Positions 49,779-60,718 are shown, counted from the stretch's first letter. The stretch: 64,000 nt of DNA from an uncultured Bacilli bacterium (GCA_934089275.1 CAKOJJ010000001.1:180296-244295), one strand, 5' to 3'. The notes: generated by a model not told the origin, from the letters alone. Numbers and translations are program-made.

Positions 49779-49903
49779 AACTTCACCTCTAACATATAAA
49801 TTTTATCATATTAATTTATGCTAATCAATATAATAAAAAGTTTGGTATTGATTAAGCGGTATTATTTTTGAACAAAAAAAGCAAGAACTTGTGTCCTGCT
49901 CTT

Positions 49904-51820
49904 TTATATTTTGAAATCGTCTTCTAACGAGAAGTCAACGTTTTCATTAATCCATTCTTTTCTAGGTTCAACCAAATCTCCCATTAAAACTGAAACTCGC
50001 TTTTCAGCCATAGCTGCATCGCTTATATTTACTTTAATTAAGTTTCTTGTTTTTGGATCCATAGTTGTTAAACTTAGATTATCGGCATTCATTTCTCCTA
50101 AACCTTTGTATCTTTGTACACGGTATGTTGAATTATCTTTATCTCTTACATAATCTTTAAATTCTTCATTAGTATAACAATATGTTTCTTTTTTACCTTC
50201 TTCAACTTTAAACAAAGGAGGCATTGCAATGTAAAGATGTCCTTCTTCAATTAATGGTCTCATAAAACGATAGAAGAAAGTTAAAAGCAAACATTGAATA
50301 TGAGCTCCGTCATCATCGGCATCGGTCATTATAATTACTTTATCATAATTGATATCTTTTACATCAAAATCTGCTCCACAACCAGCACCTATACAATGTA
50401 TTAAAGTGTTTATTTCTTCATTTTTAAAAGCATCAGCTACACTTGCTTTTTCTGTATTTAAAACTTTTCCTCTTAAAGGTAAAACTCCTTGAAATTTTCT
50501 ATCACGACTACTTTTAGCTGTTCCTCCAGCAGATTGACCTTCAACAATAAATAATTCATTAATTTTTGGATTACGTGTTTGAGGAGGAGTTAACTTATCG
50601 GATAAACTTCTTTTTTCATCTCGTTTGCTTTTTCCAGCTCTAGCTTCTTCTCTTGCTTTTCTTGCTGCTTCACGAGCAAATTTGCTCTTACTCATCTTAT
50701 CTAAAATAACTGTTGCTTCACTTTTGTTCTCTTCAAGATAAAATTTCAAAGTATCATACACAATTTGTTCAACTGCTGGTCTTGCTTCTGGTGTTCCAAG
50801 TTTTCCTTTAGTTTGACCTTCAAATTGAAGTAGATCCTCAGGTATCTTTAAATTTATTACAGCTGTTAAACCTTCTCTTGCATCACTTCCGTCAAAATTT
50901 GAATCTTTATTTTTTAAAATTCCATTTGCTCTTGCATAGTCGTTAAAAACTTTTGTAAGACCAGTTTTAAATCCAACCTCATGTGAACCACCATCGCTAG
51001 TTTTAACATTGTTTACGAAAGACACTATTTGTTCATTATATGAATCCGTGTATTGTAGAGCAATATCAACTTCAATATGATTTTTTACACCATGTATTGG
51101 AACAACGTTGTTTATCGTTTTTTTATCTTCATTCATATATTCAACGAAAGACACAATTCCATTCTCATAATGATATGTTACCTTTTTATTATCAGCAACA
51201 TTTTCAAGTTCAACAGTTAATCTTGGCAATAAAAATGCACTTTCTTGCATTCTTTCGCAAATTGTAGAAAATGAAAATTGACAATTTTTAAATATTTCAT
51301 AATCAGGCATAAAAGTAACGCAAGTTCCTGTTTTCTTTGATTCACCAATTTTTTTCAAAGGACTTGAAACTTCTCCACCATTTTTAAAACGAATATTTGA
51401 TATTAGTCCATCTGTATAAATAGTAACATCCATCCATGAAGATAAAGCATTTACTACGCTTGCACCTACACCATGTAATCCTCCAGAAACCTTATAATTT
51501 CCTTCTTCAAATTTACCACCAGCATGTAATACAGTGTAAATAACTTCTGGCGTTGATTTTCCACTTTCATGCATACCAATTGGAACACCACGGCCATTAT
51601 CAGCTATTGTAATTGAACCATCACCATTAAGACGAATCTTAACCATATCACCATAACCGTTTATTATTTCATCGATTGAATTATCGACAATTTCCCAAAC
51701 TAAATGATGAAGTCCGCGCTTGTCAGTTGAACCAATATACATACCCGGTCTTTTTCTTACAGCTTCTAATCCTTCCAATATTTTAATTGATGAAGCATCA
51801 TACTTCTTTGCTCCTGCCAT
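49904..51820 (-). CDS. type IIA topoisomerase subunit B (GyrB/ParE family)
   Basis: LEGLEAVRKRPGMYIGST, HHLVWEIVDNSIDE (GHKL ATPase), EGQSAGG and IIMTDADDDGAHI (Toprim). GyrB and ParE cannot be told apart by eye, and no A subunit is adjacent. Confidence 0.88.
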   Translation of the reverse strand: MAGAKKYDASSIKILEGLEAVRKRPGMYIGSTDKRGLHHLVWEIVDNSIDEIINGYGDMVKIRLNGDGSITIADNGRGVPIGMHESGKSTPEVIYTVLHAGGKFEEGNYKVSGGLHGVGASVVNALSSWMDVTIYTDGLISNIRFKNGGEVSSPLKKIGESKKTGTCVTFMPDYEIFKNCQFSFSTICERMQESAFLLPRLTVELENVADNKKVTYHYENGIVSFVEYMNEDKKTINNVVPIHGVKNHIEVDIALQYTDSYNEQIVSFVNNVKTSDGGSHEVGFKTGLTKVFNDYARANGILKNKDSNFDGSDAREGLTAVINLKIPEDLLQFEGQTKGKLGTPEARPAVEQIVYDTLKFYLEENKSEATVILDKMSKSKFAREAARKAREEARAGKSKRDEKRSLSDKLTPPQTRNPKINELFIVEGQSAGGTAKSSRDRKFQGVLPLRGKVLNTEKASVADAFKNEEINTLIHCIGAGCGADFDVKDINYDKVIIMTDADDDGAHIQCLLLTFFYRFMRPLIEEGHLYIAMPPLFKVEEGKKETYCYTNEEFKDYVRDKDNSTYRVQRYKGLGEMNADNLSLTTMDPKTRNLIKVNISDAAMAEKRVSVLMGDLVEPRKEWINENVDFSLEDDFKI

Positions 51821-51853
51821 AAAGCATCACCTTAATAAAATTTAACATAAATT

Positions 51854-51880
51854 AAAAAAAAAGACAACCAAATGTGTCTT
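51854..51880 (-). terminator. weak rho-independent terminator
   Basis: aagaca / tgtctt stem, with a T9 run on the minus strand. Confidence 0.45.
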
Positions 51881-51913
51881 ATAAACGTAAATTTTAGCCG
51901 TTTTACAGTAATA

Positions 51914-52042
51914 TTACAAATTTATTTTTTGAGTTTCTTCAAGCTTTTTTAATAGTTCTTCCTTGCTCATTTTTTCTTTCACAGGTTGTTCACTTTTTCT
52001 TTGAACATACTCTAAATAAACGTTTTTAAACTCTATTTTCAT
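51914..52042 (-). CDS. possible 42-aa protein
   Basis: Internal ATG preceded by AGGAG (MKIEFKNVYLEYVQRKSEQPVKEKMSKEELLKKLEETQKINL). A terminator lies downstream. No known family. Confidence 0.3.
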   Translation of the reverse strand: MKIEFKNVYLEYVQRKSEQPVKEKMSKEELLKKLEETQKINL

Positions 52043-52049
52043 ACGTCTC

Positions 52050-52682
52050 CTACTTATTACTTGACATAATAGATTCAATATATTTATTTGCTGCATCTAA
52101 CACGTCTTCTTCAATTTTACTGCTGTGATGTATTTCTTTTGTTTCCGTTTTTTCAATTGCAGAAAAATCAGGAAAGTCTTGAACATCAGCCATAAATTTA
52201 TTTTCATCAGAAGAAACACTATCTAGTCTATTTGGAAGTTCTATTTTTTCTTCTAATTCTTCCTTTTTTTCATTTTGTAGACTATCAAAAGCATTCCAAG
52301 CCATATCATTAAGTGCATTTAAATCTTTAAGTTCATTTTCTATAGGTTTAGTTTCTATAGGTTGACTTTCACCAACTATATTACTATCTATAGGTTCATC
52401 CTTAATTGCTTCATTATTTTCTTTAGGTAAAGTCACAGTATTCAAAATATCACTGAATTCCTCATCATTTATTTCTTCAGCTGGGCTCAAGTCATTAACA
52501 ATATGAACTTCACTCGAATAATCGATTTCAGGAGTTGCAACATTTTTTATATTTCTAAATGGTCCATACTTTTTCTTATTATTAATCGTTATTATGATAA
52601 AAACTGCAATTAACAATACCAATAAAACAATGATAACTGGAAAAAAAGCATCACTCATTATAAACTCGTCAAAAGCACTCAT
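52050..52682 (-). CDS. membrane-anchored acidic protein of unknown function
   Basis: One N-terminal TM helix, followed by low-complexity Glu/Asp/Asn-rich sequence. Confidence 0.45.
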   Translation of the reverse strand: MSAFDEFIMSDAFFPVIIVLLVLLIAVFIIITINNKKKYGPFRNIKNVATPEIDYSSEVHIVNDLSPAEEINDEEFSDILNTVTLPKENNEAIKDEPIDSNIVGESQPIETKPIENELKDLNALNDMAWNAFDSLQNEKKEELEEKIELPNRLDSVSSDENKFMADVQDFPDFSAIEKTETKEIHHSSKIEEDVLDAANKYIESIMSSNK

Positions 52683-52751
52683 TTAATTCCCTCTATTCTA
52701 CATTATCAATATTATCACATAAAAAGAAGTTAAACAAGAAAAAAAGATGTC

Positions 52752-53966
52752 TTAGAACAATCTAAGTACATCTTGGAAAGTTATATATAACATCAATAAC
52801 ATAATAAGTATAAACCCAATCGAATGGAAATAACCTTCCACTTTTGGATCAACTTTTTTTCTAGTAATTGCTTCTATCAAAACAAATAATACTCTTCCTC
52901 CATCAAATGCTGGGAAAGGTAAAATATTTAAAACTCCTAAATTAATAGATAAGTATGCCATTAAATATATTAGATTTGCAAATCCTGCTTGAGCAACAGT
53001 TCCAACAACCGAATACATTCCAACAGGTCCAGATAAAGCTGATAAGCCTAATTTACCAGTAAATAATGATCCAATTATTAAAAGCATTGTTGAAACTATA
53101 CTTCCAAATTTAGAAAAGGCATATTTCAATGCACAACCAAAACCTTTATGAATCTCACTAGGTGCAGATATTCCAACTAATTTAGTCACTGTTACTTCTT
53201 TTTCAGTCTTATTGTATTCTTTCAAAACACTTTCAAGTGTTGTTGTATCATCTAATTTTATTGTTTTATCATCAAAAACAACGTATTTATCTGGAATAAT
53301 TTTGTATTCGCTTACACTTCCATCTTCATGTTTTATTTTATATGTATAATAATCATTTTTATTTTTTAGGTTTGTAATTATTGTAAGTTTATCCCAAGTA
53401 CTAACTTTATAACCATTACAACCTATTATTTGATCATTCTTTTTCAATCCGGCTTTTTCAGCTGGACTTTCACTTTGAATACTTCCAATGATGCTAGATT
53501 GTTCAGTACTTCCATAAAAAAGTCCAATCATGAAAAGCAATACAATAGCCGTAATAAAATTCATTGTTACACCAGCAACTAAAATTAAAATTCGTTTTGT
53601 TTTTGATTTATTGCACATAAATTTGTCTTTAGGAAGTTTTTCATCATCTTCCCCTTCTTCTCCAGCCATTGCACAAAATCCTCCAATTGGAAATGCTCTC
53701 AATGTGTATTCAGTTGGATCATTTTTTCTTTTAAAAGTAAGAATTTTAGGTCCCATTCCCAAAGCAAATTCATAAACATGTACTCCACATTTTTTTGCTA
53801 CTAGGAAATGTCCTCCTTCATGAACAAAAATCAAAACACTTAAAATTAGCAATAACACTACTATATTCCAAATAGGTGTATTTGGTAAAAATATAAGAAT
53901 TAAAACTACAGCAACAACTATAGCAACTAACAACAATATATTTTTTAAATTATTATCTTTTTTCAT
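52752..53966 (-). CDS. rseP: RIP metalloprotease RseP/RasP (site-2 protease, M50)
   Basis: HEGGHF zinc motif, a PDZ region and NILPFPAFDGG. Confidence 0.88.
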   Translation of the reverse strand: MKKDNNLKNILLLVAIVVAVVLILIFLPNTPIWNIVVLLLILSVLIFVHEGGHFLVAKKCGVHVYEFALGMGPKILTFKRKNDPTEYTLRAFPIGGFCAMAGEEGEDDEKLPKDKFMCNKSKTKRILILVAGVTMNFITAIVLLFMIGLFYGSTEQSSIIGSIQSESPAEKAGLKKNDQIIGCNGYKVSTWDKLTIITNLKNKNDYYTYKIKHEDGSVSEYKIIPDKYVVFDDKTIKLDDTTTLESVLKEYNKTEKEVTVTKLVGISAPSEIHKGFGCALKYAFSKFGSIVSTMLLIIGSLFTGKLGLSALSGPVGMYSVVGTVAQAGFANLIYLMAYLSINLGVLNILPFPAFDGGRVLFVLIEAITRKKVDPKVEGYFHSIGFILIMLLMLYITFQDVLRLF

Positions 53967-54020
53967 CTGTAAGCCTCCTATGTTCTAATAATAATATGCT
54001 TTAAATATATTCTAATATAC

Positions 54021-55220
54021 TTATAACGTTCTTGTATAAAAATATTTTTTTAAATCTGGAAATTTTAAATAACTTTTTGGATCAACAAGATTAGCAACCC
54101 ATTTAGAATATGATGTATATGTTGTTCCATACCAACCAGTTCCTAATCCGAAATGTAAGTGTGCTCCAGTTGAACAAGAATCCCACGGAGTTCCTGATCC
54201 ACCACCAACAGTTCCAACAATAGTTTGATTAGTAACTTTATCACCAACATTAACTTTTATCGTTAAAAGATGCATATAACATGAAGTATATTGTTTACCA
54301 TTTATTAAATGTTGGATATATACTTGATTTCCACCACAACTAGCTTTTCTAACAATTTTAGAAACCATTCCATTCGCTACACTATAAACATTAGTTCCTT
54401 CTTTGTTTCCACCAATATCTATTCCTGAATGGAATTTATTTTTAACACCTGTTACTGGATGAGTTCTATATCCAAAATAAGAAGTAGTAACCCCTCTATT
54501 CAAAGGCCTTAAAAATCCTGTATCGCCTTTAACTTGGACGCATTTTTCAAGATCTTCATCTTCTTTACAACCTATTTTTACATAATAATTAATCAATTCT
54601 TGAGTTGATGAAATTTCGTCTTTAATATCCATAGTAATATCCAAATAATCGGATAATTTATTATTCAAAGATTTTATATCTTTAGCTAAACTATCTATTT
54701 GGTTATTAAGTTCTACCTCTCTATTCTCAAGATCAATTTTTAATTGAATATTGGCTTCTATTTTGCCTTTCCACTCATCAATTTTATTCTTTTGATAATC
54801 CATAAGTTGTCCCATAACAGCATATCTATAAATTAAGTCTTCATAACTAGTAGCTTTAAAGATGTATTCCAAATATACATTATCGCCTTTAGAAACTTGA
54901 TAATTTTTTACTATTTTTTCAAGTTCCGTTTTGCCATTCGTGATATCTTTTTCCAATTGTTCCGATTCAGCAAGTGACTCAGCTATTTTTTGTTGATTAT
55001 TAGATATCTCTGTTTGTTTACTAGAAACAGAAGCTTTAGCACTATTGATTTCATTCTTTGTAGCAGTTTTTTTAGATTCGTTAGCTGCTTGCTCTTTTTT
55101 CCAAGCAGCAAGTTCTGCACGAAGTTCTTTCAAAGTACGAGCTTTACTAGCTGCATATGTACTAGTTCCTGCAACTAAAAGCAAAGCTGTACATATTACA
55201 ATAACTATTTTTTTCATCAT
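54021..55220 (-). CDS. M23 family peptidoglycan hydrolase with N-terminal coiled coil (PcsB/EnvC-like)
   Basis: Signal peptide and a ~200-aa coiled coil. C-terminal HSGIDIGG ... HLHFG (M23 motifs). Immediately downstream of ftsEX. Confidence 0.8.
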   Translation of the reverse strand: MMKKIVIVICTALLLVAGTSTYAASKARTLKELRAELAAWKKEQAANESKKTATKNEINSAKASVSSKQTEISNNQQKIAESLAESEQLEKDITNGKTELEKIVKNYQVSKGDNVYLEYIFKATSYEDLIYRYAVMGQLMDYQKNKIDEWKGKIEANIQLKIDLENREVELNNQIDSLAKDIKSLNNKLSDYLDITMDIKDEISSTQELINYYVKIGCKEDEDLEKCVQVKGDTGFLRPLNRGVTTSYFGYRTHPVTGVKNKFHSGIDIGGNKEGTNVYSVANGMVSKIVRKASCGGNQVYIQHLINGKQYTSCYMHLLTIKVNVGDKVTNQTIVGTVGGGSGTPWDSCSTGAHLHFGLGTGWYGTTYTSYSKWVANLVDPKSYLKFPDLKKYFYTRTL

Positions 55221-56113
55221 ATCTTTAAATATCTCCTTACTGCTTTTATTGATCCAAATACACCAACCAATGATCCAATAATTGCTAAAACAAAACTAGA
55301 AACATAAACAATTTCACTAGGTTTTACCATCATCAATAAATCTGTATATATTTTTCCACCTAATACATCATAAAAGTAAGTATATCCAAATATCGTAATT
55401 ACGATTGGTAAAATAGCTCCGATAAGTCCAAGAATAAATCCTTCAAATATGAATGGTAACTTAATTACTGTATTACTTGTTCCAACCAATCTCATAATTC
55501 CTATCTCGTTTTTTCTTGAGAAAATTGTAATTTTAATCGTATTTTCATTTAAGAATACTGTTACCAACACTAAAGCTATAACAGCTGCAATACATGCATA
55601 TCTAGCAAAATCAAAAGCATTTAGTACTTCATTAACAATTGTTTCTCCATATTTTACATATTTAACTTTTTCAATGTTTTTAATTTCATTCGCTGTTGAT
55701 GTAATCTTTCTTACATTCTTTACATTCACTACCATCGTTGAAAGCAAAGGGTTTTCATCAAAAACTGATAAAGTTTCTTTTATTTGATCATCTTTAAGTA
55801 ATTCATTCTTTATTTCATCTTTACTACGAAAAACCGTTTTATCCTTATCAACATTTTCTATGCTTAAAACACTGTTTTTTACATTTTCTATCTCTTCATC
55901 ACTAGCGTTTTCATCTATAAAAGCAACAATTGTCATTGATCCTTCAATATTTTTAGTCATCGAATTAACATTATAAGTTGCTAGTAAAGCAATTGATACT
56001 AAAATTAAAGTTATTGTTGTACAAGATATGGAAGCTAAACTAAGTGAGAAATTACGAACAATACTTTTAAAAGCATTACTAATACTTTTACCTAAAATTC
56101 TAAACAGTCTCAT
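55217..56113 (-). CDS. ftsX: cell division permease-like protein FtsX
   Basis: Four TM helices with a large extracellular loop after TM1. Adjacent to ftsE. Confidence 0.85.
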   Translation of the reverse strand: MRLFRILGKSISNAFKSIVRNFSLSLASISCTTITLILVSIALLATYNVNSMTKNIEGSMTIVAFIDENASDEEIENVKNSVLSIENVDKDKTVFRSKDEIKNELLKDDQIKETLSVFDENPLLSTMVVNVKNVRKITSTANEIKNIEKVKYVKYGETIVNEVLNAFDFARYACIAAVIALVLVTVFLNENTIKITIFSRKNEIGIMRLVGTSNTVIKLPFIFEGFILGLIGAILPIVITIFGYTYFYDVLGGKIYTDLLMMVKPSEIVYVSSFVLAIIGSLVGVFGSIKAVRRYLKI

Positions 56114-56801
56114 CTTCTATATAACTTCCCTTCTTTTTGTCGGATACTACTACACCATTGTGAATAGCTACAACTCTTTTTTTCATTCTATTAACAATCT
56201 CTTTATCATGTGTTGCCATAATAATAGTCGAACCCAATTCTTTATTTATGTTATTAATAACATCCATTATTTCTTTACTCATCTTAGGATCCAAATCCCC
56301 AGTTGGTTCATCGCATATAATAAGTTTTGGCTCGTTTACAATTGCTCTAGCAATACATACTCTTTGTTGTTCACCACCAGATAATTGATTTGGATAACTT
56401 CTAAGTTTGTTTTTAAGTCCTACTCTTTCAATCGCTTTTAGAACTTTTTCCTTAATTTCATTCTTATCAACACCATAACTTTCTAATGGATAAGCAATAT
56501 TTTCATAAACAGTTAACTTAGGTAACAATTTAAAATCTTGGAATACAACTCCTATTTTTCTTCTTAACTTATAAACATTGCTGTTTCGCAAACTCGAAAC
56601 ATTAACGCCACCAACAAAAACACTTCCTTTATTTGGCTTTTCTTCTCTATATAAAAGTTTTGTAAGTGTTGATTTACCAGAACCAGATTCCCCAATAATG
56701 AAAACAAATTCACCAGCACTTATTGTCAAATTCACATCTGCCAATGCTGTTACTCCATTTTTATATACTTTATAAACATTTTTTAGTTCTATGAATTCCA
56801 T
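56100..56801 (-). CDS. ftsE: cell division ATP-binding protein FtsE
   Basis: GESGSGKST, LSGGEQQR and IICDEPTG. Start placed at MEFIELKNVYK. Confidence 0.9.
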   Translation of the reverse strand: MEFIELKNVYKVYKNGVTALADVNLTISAGEFVFIIGESGSGKSTLTKLLYREEKPNKGSVFVGGVNVSSLRNSNVYKLRRKIGVVFQDFKLLPKLTVYENIAYPLESYGVDKNEIKEKVLKAIERVGLKNKLRSYPNQLSGGEQQRVCIARAIVNEPKLIICDEPTGDLDPKMSKEIMDVINNINKELGSTIIMATHDKEIVNRMKKRVVAIHNGVVVSDKKKGSYIEDETV

Positions 56802-56875
56802 ACCATCACCATACAATTATTATATCATAAGAAAAAGATAATTAATAATAATTTACATCTATCAACTGTAAAGCA

Positions 56876-57286
56876 TTAATTATTTCTTTTAGTATTTATA
56901 ATTTCCTCAAAACGTTCTAAACTCATCGGATTTCTATTAGCAATTTCAATACAACTATTAATGAAAACAACGTCATCATACTTTATTAAACACCTATAAT
57001 GTTCAAAAGTCATTTTATAACTTATAATCATACCACGACATATAAGTTTAAAAAATTTTATAATTAGCCTTATTTCTTTTAAAGAAACTTCATGATTTAT
57101 TTCATGATTAATATAGTCAACTATTTTTCTTAAACCAATTGATCCATAATCATGATTTAAATTATAAAGAACACTTCCAAAGCGAATATAAAAGCTTATT
57201 TCATGCTGATTTTCAATCTCTTTTATTGAATAATTGAATATTTCATTATCAACAAATAAGTTATGTATATAATTTTCATAGTTCAT
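56876..57286 (-). CDS. hypothetical protein
   Basis: Start moved to MNYENYIH behind AGGAGG. No recognised motif. Confidence 0.45.
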   Translation of the reverse strand: MNYENYIHNLFVDNEIFNYSIKEIENQHEISFYIRFGSVLYNLNHDYGSIGLRKIVDYINHEINHEVSLKEIRLIIKFFKLICRGMIISYKMTFEHYRCLIKYDDVVFINSCIEIANRNPMSLERFEEIINTKRNN

Positions 57287-57367
57287 ATTCTTTCCTCCTA
57301 CTAATATCTTTACCGATAAATTAGCAATTTTCTTGTAAAATAAAAAAATATGCAAAATTTGCATATT

Positions 57368-58360
57368 TTAAAGAACAGAAATTGAACTTATATAATAATT
57401 ATTATTGATAAGTTTAAATGTAAATTTATTTTTTGATAAACTGCTTTCAGAAGTTTTTAATGATTCCCCACTGCTATAATCTTTTAAAGCCACATCTTGA
57501 TTATTAATATTATAAAGCTTATTATCCTTCACTAAAGCTGTTATACATTCAACAACAAGTTCATCATTTTCTTCTTTAATATCTGTTATTTCAGTTAAAA
57601 TGTTTTCTTTTACGATTTCTCCATTAGCAATCGCCATATATGTTGCATTAGATAAAGAATAAGCAAAAGCTACTCCTCCTATTTGGAAAGAACTTGCTGA
57701 ATATCCTTCCTCACTTCCAAATATACTTAGGTATGAACTCTTTAAATCTTCTTCTTTAACAGAATAAATTATTCCATCTTTAGCTATCGACTCACTCGAT
57801 AAATTATTATAAGCCATTGCAAGTTTATCCTTGATATCAATCTTACTAACATCAAAATTTCCTTTTAGCAAAGCTACATTATCAAATTTTATATTGTCTA
57901 ATATATTTCCATATTTGTTCATATACCATTTTAAATCTTTTACCAAAGCCGTTGTCGTTGTTGTAGATGTTGTAGGAATTTTTATATCTTTTACAACATC
58001 TAAATTACCAGTAACATATAATTTATAAATCAAGAAAATAGAACCAGCCATAAGTAATAAAATGTAAATATATAATCTAACTATTTTAAAGCTTTTGCGA
58101 CGAGACATTTTTTTCTCATCTTCTTTAATACTTTCTTTAATATCACTTATGATTTCACTTGAAATAGTTTCTTTTAAATTTTCTTTATATTCATCATTGA
58201 TACGTTCATTTACATCATTTAACACTGTTTCACAAAGATTAGAACGAACTTCATCATTTATTTCTTCAAGAACACCTTTTCTAATACTCTCTTTTTCTTT
58301 TTTTGTTAAATAAGATTTTTGCTTGTTTTGTTTATTGTTTACGTCTTTTTTACTATCCAT
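57368..58360 (-). CDS. membrane-anchored protein of unknown function
   Basis: Charged N-terminus, one TM helix (about aa 95-115), then an extracellular domain. Confidence 0.5.
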   Translation of the reverse strand: MDSKKDVNNKQNKQKSYLTKKEKESIRKGVLEEINDEVRSNLCETVLNDVNERINDEYKENLKETISSEIISDIKESIKEDEKKMSRRKSFKIVRLYIYILLLMAGSIFLIYKLYVTGNLDVVKDIKIPTTSTTTTTALVKDLKWYMNKYGNILDNIKFDNVALLKGNFDVSKIDIKDKLAMAYNNLSSESIAKDGIIYSVKEEDLKSSYLSIFGSEEGYSASSFQIGGVAFAYSLSNATYMAIANGEIVKENILTEITDIKEENDELVVECITALVKDNKLYNINNQDVALKDYSSGESLKTSESSLSKNKFTFKLINNNYYISSISVL

Positions 58361-58405
58361 TTACAACACCTCATAGTTTAATTATAAATTAATTCGACAT
58401 TAAAA

Positions 58406-59872
58406 TCAATTATTTATGTGATGGTGTACAGTTGGAGATGACACATTTAAAGTGTCAAACGTGTAACCATTATTTAACCCATAAACAATAATATCTTCAA
58501 TTACATCAATTGTATTCCTTTTAATGTCATGCATTAAAACAACTGCCTCATTTTTTTTGCTTATTCCTGTTATAACATTTTTATATATTTGTTTAGAATT
58601 TGCTCCAGCAGCATCACAAGAGTCAACATTCCAGTCAAAGTAAACATAACCTCTTTTTGTCATTTCATTTGCAATGGCTGATACAACACCTTTTGAATGT
58701 CCTCTACTAACTGTATTAGAGCTTCCACCAGGGAATCTAAATAAATTAGTTTTCGAACCTGTATATTGTTCTACGATACTATTCATGTCATTAAAATCTT
58801 TTATATAAGTTTCAACTGAATCGTATATACTCCATTTATGAGTTAGTGTATGAACAGCAATACTATGCCCTTCTTCATATTCTTTTTGTATTAATGGTAC
58901 ATAAGCTTTAAATTGGTCAGTAACAAAGAAAGTTGCTTTAACATTATATTTTTTTAGTATATCTAAAAGTTCTTCAGTATATCTTCCAGGTCCATCATCA
59001 AAAGTCAAATAAACAACCTTATCTCTATTTGAAGATATTGGATCATTTATTATTCCATCATACACAATAACTGAACGGGTTTTTACAGTTGTTTTTGTAC
59101 CACTTGTAACAGTATACTTAACTTCATAAGTACCAACCTTTGTTGTGTCAACAGTTCCTTCAATTTTAACTTCGTCATTTATTTTATTCTCACAAGCATC
59201 AAAAGCAACCGCACCTTCCTCAGTATATGATTCATTTTGTTTAACATATACAATATTTCTTCCATTTAAAGATATTTTAGGACTTGGTTCTTCAGTTTCA
59301 ACTATCGGGATTTCTTTTGTTGTTTCATTGCCAGAGGAATCAACAACGCTTAAGATAACTTTATTGCCATCGATTTTTTCCTTAACTTTATTTGTTATTA
59401 CTCCATCATAATTATCTTCTGCAGAAAACTCTATATTCAATTTTCCATTTTTTTGACAAGAAAACAACTCAACTTCTTGCATATCTGTTTTTATAACTGG
59501 TGGAATATTATCAATCACATTTACTACTCTTTTTGCTGTATATGTTGTATTGTTATATTCAATTTCATATGTATAAGAATATTGACCTAAATAGTTTGTA
59601 TCAACATCATTTTTAATATTTACTTTTAATTCCTTAGTATCTATTTTTTTATCATTTTCTAAAAACTCAAAACCCGCATCAGTATAATCTCCTTTTATCG
59701 ATACGTCAACACTAGAATTTCCATTTAGAATTAAGGAATATACCTTTTTAGGTTCATATATTGATTTAGACAAAAACATACTTACAACAAATATAAATAA
59801 AGCTAAAATCATTCGAGTAATTTCAACATAAACATTATTAATTTTAATAAATTTCCTTTTAACTCTACTCAT
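58406..59872 (-). CDS. polysaccharide (peptidoglycan) deacetylase, NodB family, with Ig-like repeats
   Basis: N-terminal TM helix. Two Ig-like repeats (YTDAGFEF.., YTEEGAVAFD...GTYEVKYTV). C-terminal NodB motifs TFDDGP and HTLTH. Confidence 0.85.
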   Translation of the reverse strand: MSRVKRKFIKINNVYVEITRMILALFIFVVSMFLSKSIYEPKKVYSLILNGNSSVDVSIKGDYTDAGFEFLENDKKIDTKELKVNIKNDVDTNYLGQYSYTYEIEYNNTTYTAKRVVNVIDNIPPVIKTDMQEVELFSCQKNGKLNIEFSAEDNYDGVITNKVKEKIDGNKVILSVVDSSGNETTKEIPIVETEEPSPKISLNGRNIVYVKQNESYTEEGAVAFDACENKINDEVKIEGTVDTTKVGTYEVKYTVTSGTKTTVKTRSVIVYDGIINDPISSNRDKVVYLTFDDGPGRYTEELLDILKKYNVKATFFVTDQFKAYVPLIQKEYEEGHSIAVHTLTHKWSIYDSVETYIKDFNDMNSIVEQYTGSKTNLFRFPGGSSNTVSRGHSKGVVSAIANEMTKRGYVYFDWNVDSCDAAGANSKQIYKNVITGISKKNEAVVLMHDIKRNTIDVIEDIIVYGLNNGYTFDTLNVSSPTVHHHINN

Positions 59873-59945
59873 ACTTACACCTCTATATTCTTATTATACC
59901 ATTTATATCAAAAACTATATATTTTTAATTTAATAAATATTTTAC

Positions 59946-59975
59946 TTGACACCAATATATAATTTATAGTATTAT
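59946..59975 (+). promoter_or_regulatory. sigma-A type promoter for tRNA-Glu
   Basis: TTGACA (59946..59951), 18-nt spacer, TATTAT (59970..59975), about 10 nt before the tRNA 5' end. Confidence 0.6.
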
Positions 59976-59985
59976 CTATTTGCAC

Positions 59986-60062
59986 GGCCCGTTGGTGAAG
60001 TGGTTTAACACACATGCCTTTCACGCATGCATTCATGGGTTCAAATCCCGTACGGGTCACCA
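59986..60062 (+). tRNA. tRNA-Glu (anticodon UUC), CCA encoded
   Basis: GGCCCGTTGGTGAAGTGG...CATGC-CTTTCAC-GCATG...GGGTTCAAATCCCGTACGGGTCACCA. The 7-bp acceptor stem pairs, the anticodon loop is cTTTCAc, and the sequence is close to Bacillus tRNA-Glu. Confidence 0.92.
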
Positions 60063-60072
60063 ATGTAAAATA

Positions 60073-60100
60073 AAAACGACTTTTAAAAGTCGTTTTTTTT
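60073..60100. terminator. bidirectional rho-independent terminator
   Basis: aaaacgactttt / aaaagtcgtttt palindrome flanked by an A-run and a T-run. It serves the tRNA on the + strand and gene 60099..60641 on the - strand. Confidence 0.7.
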
Positions 60101-60641
60101 ATTTATTATCTTTTTTACCAAAAGTATTTTTAAGACGTAATTTAATTTCATCACTCACAGAAATTGGTGTTAATTCTTCTTCTCCTTCTGGAAGAACCAA
60201 TTTAGCTTTTCCACGTTTAAATCTGTAAACATCTTTAAGCGATTGATATCTAAGAGTAAGAGTTTTATATCTAATTAATAATTCTGGATGTTCATTTTTT
60301 TCTTGTGCAGACATCTTCTTTAATTTAGCAGCAATTTGATTTTTTTCATTAATAATACAAATTCTTAAAGCATTCATTTCTTCACAGTCTAAATCCTTTA
60401 TTTCATCATAATCAACTATGTCATCAATACTTTTTAAATAATCAATTGATTCCGGATTTCTAAATGCAATAAAATCATTTAGATTATCCCCACTAACAAT
60501 AAAAACTCCACTTTCGTCACTAGCCTCTCTAAACAAAGATTCAAAGCTAGCATTTTCAAGTAATTCTTGTTTCTTAGTATCTAAAAGATAGGAAAAATCT
60601 CTTATTTGTAAATAAACTACACCATCTCTAACTATTTTCAA
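60099..60641 (-). CDS. hypothetical protein
   Basis: 180 aa, with no recognised motif. Confidence 0.5.
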   Translation of the reverse strand: MKIVRDGVVYLQIRDFSYLLDTKKQELLENASFESLFREASDESGVFIVSGDNLNDFIAFRNPESIDYLKSIDDIVDYDEIKDLDCEEMNALRICIINEKNQIAAKLKKMSAQEKNEHPELLIRYKTLTLRYQSLKDVYRFKRGKAKLVLPEGEEELTPISVSDEIKLRLKNTFGKKDNK

Positions 60642-60718
60642 ATTTATCAGCTCCTTGAGAAACTATAATATCATAAACAAAGAAGATAGTCAAGGATCGC
60701 CCTAGAATATGCTCGTTT

